A DNA stretch of 64,000 nucleotides from contig CAVURB010000002.1 in assembly GCA_963743815.1 (NCBI GenBank), positions 76,014-140,013 of the forward strand. The letters are read 5' to 3'. The DNA is from an uncultured Chloroflexia bacterium (GTDB taxonomy: Bacteria > Chloroflexota > Limnocylindria > Limnocylindrales > CSP1-4). A program made the translations under genes and the position numbers. The notes below the pieces were generated by a model. The model ran no database searches and was not told the origin of the DNA. It saw nothing but the letters and a program-made list of their open reading frames with translations. Positions 53,615-62,879 of the stretch are shown here, piece after piece. Positions within the stretch are counted from its first letter, which is position 1; each line of letters starts with the position of its first letter.

Positions 53615-54337
53615 TCACTGGCCGATCGAGAGACGATCCGCCAGCCGGCGGGGCAGCCCAGCCGCCCGGATCGCGGCCTGGACCACCGGGATGTCGTAGG
53701 GGACCCGGCGCCAGGTCACCACGTGGTCGTCCGTGTCCAGGATGAGGTAGGACGCGCGCGGATCCCCGTCGCGGGGCTGTCCCACGCTCCCGGGATTGAT
53801 CAGGGCCGTCTGCTCGTCGAGCGCGAGGACGGCCCCAGCCTCCGGTTCCACGATCCGCAGCCGTGGGTCGTCGTCGATGAACGCGACCGGCACGTGGGTG
53901 TGACCGTGCAGGCCGTACCGGGTCGTGAGCGCAGCCAGGTTGGCGCGGGCCACGCCGACCGAGGCCACGTACTCGCGGAGCGGATCGCGCGGACTGCCGT
54001 GGACCAGCGTCATCACCCCGATCTCGCGATGCACGGGCTGGGCCTCGAGCCATGTCCGCGTGGCATCCGACATCGTGTCGCGGGTCCACGCCGCGGCTGC
54101 GCGGGCATCCGGGTTGAACCACTCGATCTCTGGTCCGCCCAGCGCCGCCGCATCATGATTGCCGCGAACGCCGATGGCCCCCCGCTCGCCCAACCGGGCG
54201 ACGACCCCGTCGGGGTCCGGCCCATACCCCACGATGTCCCCGAGGTGCCAGATGGCATCGACCGCCCCCGCGTCGGCGAGGACCGCATCGAGGGCGACCA
54301 GGTTGCTGTGGACGTCCGACAGGACCGCGACGCGCAT
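53615..54337 (-). CDS. Metallophosphoesterase (calcineurin-like, YfcE/MJ0936 type)
   Basis: SDVHSN, LGDIVGYG, GNHD, VHGSP, GHTH, NPGSVGQPRDG. Confidence 0.9.
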   Translation of the reverse strand: MRVAVLSDVHSNLVALDAVLADAGAVDAIWHLGDIVGYGPDPDGVVARLGERGAIGVRGNHDAAALGGPEIEWFNPDARAAAAWTRDTMSDATRTWLEAQPVHREIGVMTLVHGSPRDPLREYVASVGVARANLAALTTRYGLHGHTHVPVAFIDDDPRLRIVEPEAGAVLALDEQTALINPGSVGQPRDGDPRASYLILDTDDHVVTWRRVPYDIPVVQAAIRAAGLPRRLADRLSIGQ

Positions 54338-54380
54338 CGCTCGTGAGCGTACCAGTCGTGGCGCACGCGACGCGGCCCGG

Positions 54381-55154
54381 TCACCACGGATGTCGCTTGC
54401 GAATCGCCGGATCGCGCGGATAGGCATCGGGGACGCGACCGCGGCGCGTCACGACCACGAGGACGTGGCCATCGAGCCCGGGCGCGCCAACCTCGACCAT
54501 CTCGAGCCCACCGCCACCCAGGGCGCGGATCGCTCGGGTCGCGGCAGCGCGTTCGGCATCCAGGTCGCCACGCTTCCACGCGACGAGTCGGCCGCCATCG
54601 GTGAGCAGCGGGAAGGCCAGTTCGACGAGATCCGCTAGGGACGCGACGGCCCGCGCGGTCACGACGGGCCAGCGCCCGCGATGCCGACCGTCGCGGGCGA
54701 GACCTTCGGCCCTCGCAGCGGCGACGCGGACGTGGTCGGCCAGTCCGACCGCGCCGACAGCCGTCGTCAGGAATGCGGCCTTCTTGCCGATCGGTTCGAC
54801 GAGGAGCGCATCGCTCGCCGGTAGCACCACGGCGAGGGGGATGCCGGGCAGACCGCCGCCGGATCCGAGGTCGAGGAAGCGCTCCGCGCCCAGCTCGCGG
54901 AGGACGCGGATCGCGGTGAGGCTGTCCACCGCGTGCGCGGTCGCGGCCGTGAACGGATCGCGGATCGCGGTGAGGTTGATCGCTGCGGTCCATGCCAGCA
55001 GCAGGCGGATGTGGCCATCCACGGCGGCCCGAGCCGCGCCGGAAAGGTCCAGCGACAAGCTCGTCAGCCCGGCGTCGAGGGCGCGGTGATACTCGGACGG
55101 AAGGGGTGGGGTGTCCTCGACGCGCGTCGGGAGCGGCTCACGTCCGCGGTCCAC
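54381..55154 (-). CDS. rsmG: 16S rRNA m7G527 methyltransferase
   Basis: INLTAIR, HAVDSL, DLGSGGGLPGIPLA, KKAAFL, RAE, VTARAVA. GAGGAGG RBS. Confidence 0.93.
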   Translation of the reverse strand: MDRGREPLPTRVEDTPPLPSEYHRALDAGLTSLSLDLSGAARAAVDGHIRLLLAWTAAINLTAIRDPFTAATAHAVDSLTAIRVLRELGAERFLDLGSGGGLPGIPLAVVLPASDALLVEPIGKKAAFLTTAVGAVGLADHVRVAAARAEGLARDGRHRGRWPVVTARAVASLADLVELAFPLLTDGGRLVAWKRGDLDAERAAATRAIRALGGGGLEMVEVGAPGLDGHVLVVVTRRGRVPDAYPRDPAIRKRHPW

Positions 55155-55159
55155 GCACG

Positions 55160-55326
55160 CCTCCTCGCGTCTTGCGTGCCAACCTCGAACGGCACCGCTC
55201 CCGGCGTCGACTCGTCTCGCACCATGGGCGCCTGTTCGGTCTTCCGCCGTCCATCCGGTTCGTGGCCGAGTCTCCTCGGGCCCCTCGTGGACCGCGTTAC
55301 CCTGCGGTTCGCCCCAGTGCGGGAGA
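55160..55326 (-). ncRNA. Candidate structured 5' leader RNA upstream of rsmG, unassigned
   Basis: Promoter TTGACG-N18-TAAGGT at 55359-55330, followed by a closing stem and hairpins with GNRA-type loops (GAGA, GGAA, GUAA). Confidence 0.4.
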
Positions 55327-55363
55327 TGGACCTTAGGAGTCGGCCCCCGGCTGCGTCAACGGG

Positions 55364-55406
55364 GTTATCCACCAACCGTCGCGCCGGCGGGCGATTCGTG
55401 GATAAC
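55364..55406. promoter_or_regulatory. Pair of inverted DnaA-box-like 9-mers
   Basis: TTATCCACC at 55365-55373 (+) and TTATCCACG at 55405-55397 (-), each an 8/9 match to TTATCCACA. Confidence 0.55.
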
Positions 55407-55763
55407 TCAGGTCGCGCGCGAGCCGCCCCGGACCGGTCGGCCGAGGGTCCGGCGGACGACGTCGATCACCTCGTCCACGTACTGCTCGGATTCACCGCGC
55501 TCCGCGGCAGTTCGGACGCAGCCCTGGACGTGGTCTTCGAGGACGAGGATCGACAGCGCGTCCACCGCGGCCCGCAGGGCGGCGGTCTGCTGAAGGATGT
55601 CGACGCAGTACTCCTCGCGTTCGATCATCCGCGCGATGCCGCGGACCTGTCCTTCCATGCGCGAAAGCCGCCGCATCAGTTGCGCGGTGTCCTTGCTGTA
55701 GCTGTGCCGGAAGTGGCTGGGATCGGGGGCCGGGGCTGGCCGCCGGCCGGAGGTGGTCGCCAT
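55407..55763 (-). CDS. csoR: CsoR/RcnR-family metal-sensing repressor with a Cys-His-Cys (Cu(I)-type) signature
   Basis: RRLSRMEGQVRGIARMIEREEYCVDILQQ...LEDHVQGCV. Confidence 0.88.
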   Translation of the reverse strand: MATTSGRRPAPAPDPSHFRHSYSKDTAQLMRRLSRMEGQVRGIARMIEREEYCVDILQQTAALRAAVDALSILVLEDHVQGCVRTAAERGESEQYVDEVIDVVRRTLGRPVRGGSRAT

Positions 55764-55773
55764 GCCCGCCATC

Positions 55774-55790
55774 ATACCCCCAGGGGGTAT
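55774..55790. promoter_or_regulatory. CsoR-type operator overlapping the csoR -10 box
   Basis: Perfect palindrome ATACCCCC-A-GGGGGTAT. TATGAT (-10, minus strand, 55776-55771) lies 7 nt before the ATG. Confidence 0.8.
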
Positions 55791-55856
55791 TCGGACGCAA
55801 TCGATGTCCGGCCCTGTCCAACCGCTCGGGCTGACGCTCGGGTAGACTGGCCGCCG

Positions 55857-56383
55857 ATGGACCCCAGTACCCCGTTCGCCCACGCCAGCGAGGCGGAGAT
55901 GGCCCGCATCCTCGATTTCTACGCGGTCCGCTGGGTCTACGAGCCCGAGACGTTCCCCATCCTGTGGAACCTCGACGGCGACGTCGTGGAGAGCTTCTCC
56001 CCGGACTTCTACCTGCCGGACCTGGACCTGTATCTCGAGATGACCACGCTTCGGCAGAAGCTCGTCCGCAAGAAGAACCGGAAGCTCCGTCGGCTTCGCG
56101 AGCTGTACCCGGCGATCAACATCAAGCTCTTCTACGCGCGCGACTTCCGCGCCCTGATGCTCAAGTACGGGAAGGTCGCCCTGGTCGATGGGCTGTCCGG
56201 CTCGTCCGGGCCAGGTGGCGCTGCCGTACGGCACGTCGGCTCGCTCCCCGATCGCATCGCGACCGACGCCGTGACGGACCCTCGGCGACAGCCGACTCCG
56301 AGAGCGCGCATGCGCCTCGTCCCGCCCGACGCCGTCCGACCCCGACGGCGATCGATCCCAAGGCACCCGCGATCCAGCGATGA
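55857..56383 (+). CDS. Conserved hypothetical protein, PD-(D/E)XK nuclease-like; 3' end uncertain
   Basis: FAHASEAEMARILDFY-x3-WVYEP...FSPDFYLPDLDLYLEMTT...KNRKLRRL. TAGACT lies 8 nt before the ATG. Confidence 0.65.
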
Positions 56384-56971
56384 CCGATCGAACGCCCGAC
56401 CTCAGCAGCGACATCGGCGACGTCCTCGTGTCCGAGGCGGAGATCGCGGCCAAGGTCACCGAACTCGGCGCGCGCATCGCGGCGGACTATCGCGGCCGTC
56501 CCATCACGCTCGTGTCCGTCCTCAAGGGCTCGCTCCCGTTCATGGCGGACCTGATGCGCGCGATCGACCTGCCGCTGCGGATCGACCTCATGGAGGTCAG
56601 TTCGTACGGTGGGAGTGCGACGGAATCCTCGGGTCTCGTGCGGATCCTCAAGGACCTGTCGGCGAGCATCGAGGGCGAGGACGTCCTGATCGTCGAGGAC
56701 ATCATCGATACCGGGCTCACGCTCAACTACCTCATCCGCTACCTGCGCGGCAAGAACCCGGCGTCGCTGCGGATCTGCACGCTCCTGGACAAGCCGGCGA
56801 GGCGACTCGTCGAGATCCCGGTCGACTACATCGGGTTCACGATCCCGGACCAGTTCGTCGTCGGCTATGGGCTGGACTACGGCGAGCTGCTACCGCAACC
56901 TCCGATACGTCGGGGTCCTGCGACCGGAGGTCTATGGCTCGGGCGAGGCGACCGAAGGCGGCGAGACGTGA
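56380..56971 (+). CDS. hpt: Hypoxanthine phosphoribosyltransferase; frameshift near 56888
   Basis: VLKGSLPFMADL, VSSYG, VLIVEDIIDTGLTL, LLDKP, FVVGYGLDY; reframed end YRNLRYVGVL. Confidence 0.93.
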
Positions 56972-56973
56972 CG

Positions 56974-57414
56974 ATGCATCGCCGGCCGCTGGGCCAGGGG
57001 CGGACACTCGCGGCGCTCGGCGGTGGGCTGATCGTCATCGGCTCCGTCCTGCCGTGGTGGCAGGTCGGCGGCGACGGCGGGGCTCCCTGCGGCGAGCGGC
57101 AACGGCCTCGAGGGCAGCGGCATCGTCGTGTTCCTCGTCGGCGTGGCAACGCTCGCACTCGTCGCCCTGCCCTACGCGGTGGGCGACCGGCCCACCTCGA
57201 TCGATCGATGGCTGTCGTACGCGGATCCTGGCCGTCGTGGGATGGCTGGGCCTCGGCTGGCGGGTCCTCGACCTGATGATGCGCGGCGCCTTCGCCTTCG
57301 ATGAGCCGGCGCAGGTGTTCACCAACGGTCCCGGTCTGTGGATCGCCGGTCTTGGACCTCGCCATCCTCTCGCGCGCCGTCTACCGGATGACCCGCGAGC
57401 CCGCGTACCGCTGA
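56974..57414 (+). CDS. Small membrane protein, frameshifted
   Basis: LIVIGSVLPWW and further hydrophobic segments across frames, ending GPGLWIAGLG...EPAYR*. Confidence 0.55.
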
Positions 57415-57560
57415 CGGCCCGGGGCGCCTGGACGCCGATGGCGGCGTTTGCGCCCTGCGCGTCTCGCTCACGCACCTTGGGGTGCGCTCGCTCCGGTGCT
57501 CGGGACGCCGCCTTGCCCTCGGCGCCCATACGCCCCGGGCGGCCCGGGGTGGGAGTCTCG

Positions 57561-58741
57561 TCAGCGGCTGGCCGAGGCCTCGTAGTAGTGCGCGACCGCC
57601 CGCCCGATCGGCCCGACCTCGAGGTACCACGTGCGGCTGGTGCCACGCTCCAGCCCGACATCAAGCCGGATAGATCCCGTCCGGTAGCCCACCCATCGGG
57701 GCACGGACGATGGCCCGGCCGGGGAGTCCGTCCACCGCGAGCCGAGCGTCGGCGTCGACCGGTCCGGGAAGCGGGTCGATGCCGAGGAGCCCGATGGAGG
57801 TGACCACCTCGCTCGGAGGTTGACGCCGACGGCGGCCGTCCGCCCGAGGGGGACCGGCCAGCACGATCCATCGGGATCCGTCGCGCGCCAGATCTCGGCC
57901 ACGCGCGCACGTCGCGTCGGCTTCGGCGCGACGCCAACCGCTCAGGATCCGACCAGACGACCACAGATTCGCGGCCTCGGGAAGCATGCGGAGCGTGGAT
58001 GGCTGGAACGACTGCGTCGTGCGGGTCGGCTCGCCGTCCCGCGACGCCGTCCCGCCCGCGCCCGACGCACCGGTCCGGACGGTCAGCATGACGGAGCGGA
58101 CGACGTCCTCGGGCTCGATGAGCAGGTCCAGCCGATAGAGGCCCGGGCTCCCAGGCGAGCACCCGCCCCGGGTCCATGCCGGACACGCGGCGCGCCACGA
58201 CCGCGACGTGGTCCACCGGCCACGGTGACGGCAGGTCGTCGAGGTCGACGCGGCGCGGAGATGCTCCGTCGACGAACTGCCACATGCGGACGTCGCGAGC
58301 GTGGTGTCGCGCGGGTGGACGATGGCGAAGGCGTCCAGGTCGTCGGTCGTCCCGAGGTCGACGACCGGACCGCTCACGATCGGCGGGCCAGATGCGAGGG
58401 CTGGGTCCGGACCGGCGGGCGCGGCGCTGGCGGCAGGACCGGCACGGTCGATGAAGTCGAGCGGCGTGCTCTGCTGGGCCGTCGTGACGATCGCCCAGGC
58501 GTCCGGTGGCGGGACGGTCCCGAACGCCGCGGGTCGTAGGTCCGACCGATCGGGGCGATGACGACGGGCGCTGGCGCGACGGCGACGAGCGAGGGCGGGG
58601 GCTGGCAGGTCAGCGGCGGGTCCTGGCACCCCACGGCTTGATCGCGGCGACGACGATCCCGATGACGACGAGGCTCACCACCCGTCCACGCCATCCATCG
58701 AAGGGCGATCGCGGTGCGGGGACACGGGTGAGCTCGGCCAT
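57561..58741 (-). CDS. Hypothetical membrane-anchored/exported protein with several frameshifts
   Basis: N-terminal TM (VVSLVVIGIVVAAIKPW), Pro-rich linker, and repeated PG-x-Y motifs across ORFs 57661..58629, 57035..58285 and 57561..57902. Confidence 0.45.
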
Positions 58742-58753
58742 GGCCGATCCTGG

Positions 58754-59467
58754 TCAGTCCTCTCCGAGGTACGCCTTGCGCACGGCCGGGTCCTCGCGCA
58801 GCTTGTCGGCGCTGTCGGCGAGCACGACCTCACCGGTCTGGAGGATGTAGCCGCGGCTGGCGATGCCGAGTGCCATGAGCGCGTTCTGCTCCACGAGCAA
58901 CACGGTCGTGCCCTGCTCGTTGATCGTCTTGATGATGTCGAAGATCTGCTCGACGAGGATCGGCGCGAGGCCCATCGACGGTTCGTCGAGGAGGAGGACC
59001 TTGGGCGCCGCCATCAGGGCGCGACCGATGGCCAGCATCTGCTGCTCGCCGCCGGACAGCGTGCCGGCCTTCTGGGCTCGACGCTCCAGCAGCCGCGGGA
59101 AGAGCTCGAAGACCCGGTCGTACTCGGCTGCGAGGTCGGCCCGGTCCTTGCGCGCGAACGCGCCCATCTCCAGGTTCTCCTGGACGCTCATCCGGGCGAA
59201 GACCCGACGGCCCTCGGGGCTCTGGCAGACGCCCAGCTCCACGATCTCGTGCGGACGCTTGCCGTCGATGCGTTCGCCACGCAGCCAGATCTCGCCCTGG
59301 CGCGGCCGCAGGAGCCCGGAGATGGTGCGCAGCGTGGTGGACTTGCCGGCCCCGTTGGACCCGATGAGCGTGACGATCTCGCCCTCGTCCACCGAGACGC
59401 TGATCCCGCGCAGGGCATGGATCGCGCCGTAGTAGGTGTGGACGTCCTTGAGCTCGAGGATGGCCAT
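58754..59467 (-). CDS. livF: Branched-chain amino acid ABC transporter ATPase
   Basis: GSNGAGKST, QSPEGRRVF, LSGGEQQMLAIGRAL, DEPSMGLAP. Confidence 0.94.
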   Translation of the reverse strand: MAILELKDVHTYYGAIHALRGISVSVDEGEIVTLIGSNGAGKSTTLRTISGLLRPRQGEIWLRGERIDGKRPHEIVELGVCQSPEGRRVFARMSVQENLEMGAFARKDRADLAAEYDRVFELFPRLLERRAQKAGTLSGGEQQMLAIGRALMAAPKVLLLDEPSMGLAPILVEQIFDIIKTINEQGTTVLLVEQNALMALGIASRGYILQTGEVVLADSADKLREDPAVRKAYLGED

Positions 59468-59470
59468 GCG

Positions 59471-60333
59471 TCAACTCTCCCCGGCCGCGCCGCGGCCCAG
59501 GTAGGCCTCGATGACCCGGGGGTTGGCGCGGACTTCGGCCGGGCGACCCCTCGGCGAGGACCTCGCCGTAGTCGAGGACCGTGACGCGGTCGCTGATCCC
59601 CATCACGACGCGCATGTCGTGCTCGATGAGCAGGACCGTGAGCCCGAGCTCGGATCGCAGGCGGCGGATGAACGCGGTCAGCTCGCGGGTCTCGCTGGCG
59701 TTCATGCCGGCGGTCGGCTCGTCGAGCAGGAGCAGCTTCGGACTGGTCGCGAGCGCACGAGCGATCTCGAGGCGACGCTGGTCGCCGTACGGGAGGTTCC
59801 GTGCCCAGGCGTGCGGCCGTGCCCCCAGGCCGACGAACTCCAGCAGTTCGTGCCCGCGCTCGATCGCCGCCTGCTCTTCGGCATGGTTGCGCGGCGTGCG
59901 CAGGATCGCGTCCCACCAGCGACTGCGGAGGTGCGGGTGCTGTCCCACGAGGACGTTGTCGAGCGCGGACATCGTCCCGAACAGCCGGATGTTCTGGAAG
60001 GTCCGGCCGATCCCGAGCTTGGTCACCTCGTGCGGCCGCATCGACTTCACCTTGCGGCCGCTCGTCGTGACGATCGGGTGGCCATCGAAGGTGATCTCGC
60101 CCGCGGTCGGCACGTAGGCGCCCGTGATCATGTTGAAGAACGTCGTCTTGCCCGCGCCGTTGGGGCCGATCAGCGAGACGATCGAGCCCCTGCGGGATGT
60201 CGAAGTCGACGGCATTGACCGCCACGAGGCCACCGAACCGCTTCGTGACGCCGCGGGCCTTCACGAGGATGTCGGCGTCGGCGACGTGGCCGGTCAGGAG
60301 GTCGGCGCCCGCCACGATCGGTTCGGCCGTCAT
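59471..60333 (-). CDS. livG: Branched-chain amino acid ABC transporter ATPase, frameshifted
   Basis: KRFGGLVAV, GPNGAGKTT, RTFQNIRLF, LPYGDQRRLEIARAL, IEHDM. Confidence 0.9.
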
Positions 60334-61857
60334 GACCGCGTCCCCGGGTCGTCGTTCGGCAGGTCGACGATCTCGGGTCCGGCATCGCCATCGTCATCGG
60401 GATGGTCATCGCCCGCGTCGTCCGCGCTGCGGCCGGCCTCGATCTCGGCGGCGATCGCCTGCGCCTCGGCCTCGGCCTCGATGGATGCCGCCTCGTCCTC
60501 GGCGGCGAGCGACGCTCGGAGTCGCTCGTCGGCGGCGAGCGCCTCGGGGTCGTCGATCAGGCCGGGTGACCCGATGCCCTGACCCGGTGGTGCGGTGTGC
60601 ATCTCGGCTGCGCGTTGCCGGCTTGGCAGGAAGCCCTCTGGTCGGAATCGCATCATCGCCACGAGCGCGATGCCGAACAGCAGGAAGCTGAATGTGGACG
60701 GGTTGATGTCGCCGAGTGCGGGATTGCCGGTCATCTCGCCGACATCCTTCAGGCGCTGGCCCAGGTACGGGAGCAGCGTCTTGTCCACGTACTGGACGAC
60801 CACGGCACCCAGGATCACGCCCCAGATGTTGCCGATGCCACCGAGGATGATCATCACGACCACGAGGATCGACGTGGAGAACTGGAAGAACTCCGAGGTC
60901 GTCGCTCCCTGGTAGGACGCCTGGAACGCACCGGCGACGCCGGCGAAGGACGCTCCCAGGCCGAAGGCCAGGAGCTTGGTGCGCACGGTGTTGACGCCCA
61001 TCATCTCCGCCGCGACCTCGTCCTCGCGGATGGCCATCCAGGCGCGGCCCATGCGGGATCGCTCCAGGTTGCGGGCCACGACGATGCCGATGAGCAGGAG
61101 GACGAAGCCGAGATAGACGGCGTTATACCCATTGATCACGCCGAACTTGATCCCGAGGAAGCTCGGCGGGTCGATCGGGTTGATGCCGAGCGGGCCGCCC
61201 GTCAGGTTCGCGTTGACCAACATGATCGGACCGAACACGAAGTTCACGTTGACGAGGTTCTTGAAGAAGATCGGCACGATCTCGCCGAACCCGAGGGTCA
61301 CGATCGCGAGGTAGTCGCCGCGCAGTCGCAGGGTCGGTGCGCCAAGCAGGAGCGCCGAACAGGGCCGCCACACCGGCGGCAGCGGGGACGATCAGCCAGA
61401 ACGGCAGATGGATCCCCGGGAACCCCGGCGGGACATCGCTGAACAGCACGAGCGACACGCCCGTCCAGCCCCAGTGCGGCGAGGCCAGGAACGCCGCGGT
61501 GTAGGCACCGAGCGCATAGAAGGCCACGTACCCGAGGTCCAGGAGGCCGGCGAACCCGATGACGATGTTCAGGCCGACAGCCATGATCGCGAAGATCAGC
61601 ATGAAGACGAGGACCGTGTCGTCCGGCAGCGGCAGCGGGAACGACCGGCTGATGCCCTGGAAGATCACGTCGTTGAGGACGGGATAGGTGAAGATCCCGA
61701 CGACGAGCAGCGTGAGCATGATCGTGCGTCGGCGATTGCGGGCGAGGGCTGCGCGATAGCTCAACGGCCAACTGGTCACGGCGTCGCCGAGCAGGCCGAA
61801 CCATCGACGGAGCCCGCCGGGGGCGTCGGGGCGGACCGGGGTCGTCAGGTGGCTCAT
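60330..61857 (-). CDS. livM: Branched-chain amino acid ABC transporter permease; frameshift near 61350
   Basis: GLNIVIGFAGLLDLGYVAFY, LRLRGDYLAIVTLGFGEI, GRAWMAIREDE, RPEG. Confidence 0.9.
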
Positions 61858-62786
61858 GCGCGGTCCGGCAGTTTCTGGCCCAGGAGGCCGGTGGGTCGGA
61901 ACACGAGGATCGCGATCAGGACGCCGAACACGATCGCGTTCGTCCATGCCGCCGAGAGATACCGGTCACTGAAGGCGTTGATCAACCCCAGGACGAGACC
62001 GCCGAGCACGGCTCCCTGGAGGTTGCCGATCCCTCCCAGCACCGCGGCGGTGAAGGCATTGAGCCCGAAGCGGAACCCGAGGTTCCAGACCGTCGTGTTG
62101 TTGTAGAGGATCTGGACCAGGCCCGCCGCACCGGCCAGCGCGCCGGCGATGATGAACGTGATCGCGATCGTGCGGTCCACGTTGATGCCCATCAGGCCCG
62201 AGGTGTCCGGGTCCTGGGCGGTGGCGCGCATCGCCTTGCCCTGGCGGGTCTTCCCGACGAACCAGCTCAGGACGATCAGCAGCGGGATCGTGACGACCGC
62301 CACGAAGATCTGCTTCCAGGTGAGCTCGAGGTTCGTGCTGAGGCCCAGCACCTCGGTGAGCACGTTCGTGTTGGGGATCACGTCGGGGAACCCGAGCGCG
62401 GACGGCCCCTTCCAGAGCAGGCCGACGTTCTGGAGGATGAAGCTCATGCCGATCGCCGAGATGAGTGGGGCGAGCTTGGGGGCATGGCGGAGGGGTCGGT
62501 AGGCGACCCGCTCGATCGAGACGTTGAGGATCGCCGTGAGGCCCATCGTGATGAGCAGGACCGCGGCGATCAGCAGGAACGTCAGCGCCGGGTCCATCCC
62601 GGGCACGACGCCAAAGGCCGTCAGGAGCGTCAACGCGAGCATCGAGCCGAGCATGAACACATCGCCGTGGGCGAAGTTGATCAGCTCGATGATCCCGTAG
62701 ACGAGCGTGTAGCCGAGCGCGACGAGCGCATAGATCATCCCGTTCGACAGACCGATGATGATCGTCTGCAGGAACGCGTCATCCAT
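61854..62786 (-). CDS. livH: Branched-chain amino acid ABC transporter permease
   Basis: YALVALGYTLVYGIIELINFAHG, GKAMRATAQD, AAVLGGIG, RPTGLLG. Confidence 0.94.
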   Translation of the reverse strand: MDDAFLQTIIIGLSNGMIYALVALGYTLVYGIIELINFAHGDVFMLGSMLALTLLTAFGVVPGMDPALTFLLIAAVLLITMGLTAILNVSIERVAYRPLRHAPKLAPLISAIGMSFILQNVGLLWKGPSALGFPDVIPNTNVLTEVLGLSTNLELTWKQIFVAVVTIPLLIVLSWFVGKTRQGKAMRATAQDPDTSGLMGINVDRTIAITFIIAGALAGAAGLVQILYNNTTVWNLGFRFGLNAFTAAVLGGIGNLQGAVLGGLVLGLINAFSDRYLSAAWTNAIVFGVLIAILVFRPTGLLGQKLPDRA

Positions 62787-62823
62787 GGAGTCGGCGTCTC
62801 CGTCGCATCAGGTTGGTAGAGCG

Positions 62824-62853
62824 GTGGGGGCGGACCGGGTGGTCCGCCCCCAC
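62824..62853. terminator. 13-bp GC stem-loop after the binding-protein gene (intra-operon terminator or mRNA stabiliser)
   Basis: GTGGGGGCGGACC-gggt-GGTCCGCCCCCAC. Confidence 0.6.
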
Positions 62854-62879
62854 GCTGTGACTACGGGGTGAGTCCGACC

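Noticed and set aside
55230-55350. Calling the rsmG leader a c-di-AMP (ydaO) riboswitch
   Set aside because: The resemblance is only partial and the conserved 3' element is absent. It is kept as an unassigned candidate.
55407-55763. CsoR-family protein as the persulfide sensor CstR for the PDO-rhodanese gene
   Set aside because: It keeps the Cys-His-Cys Cu(I) signature and lies more than 20 kb from the sulfur genes.
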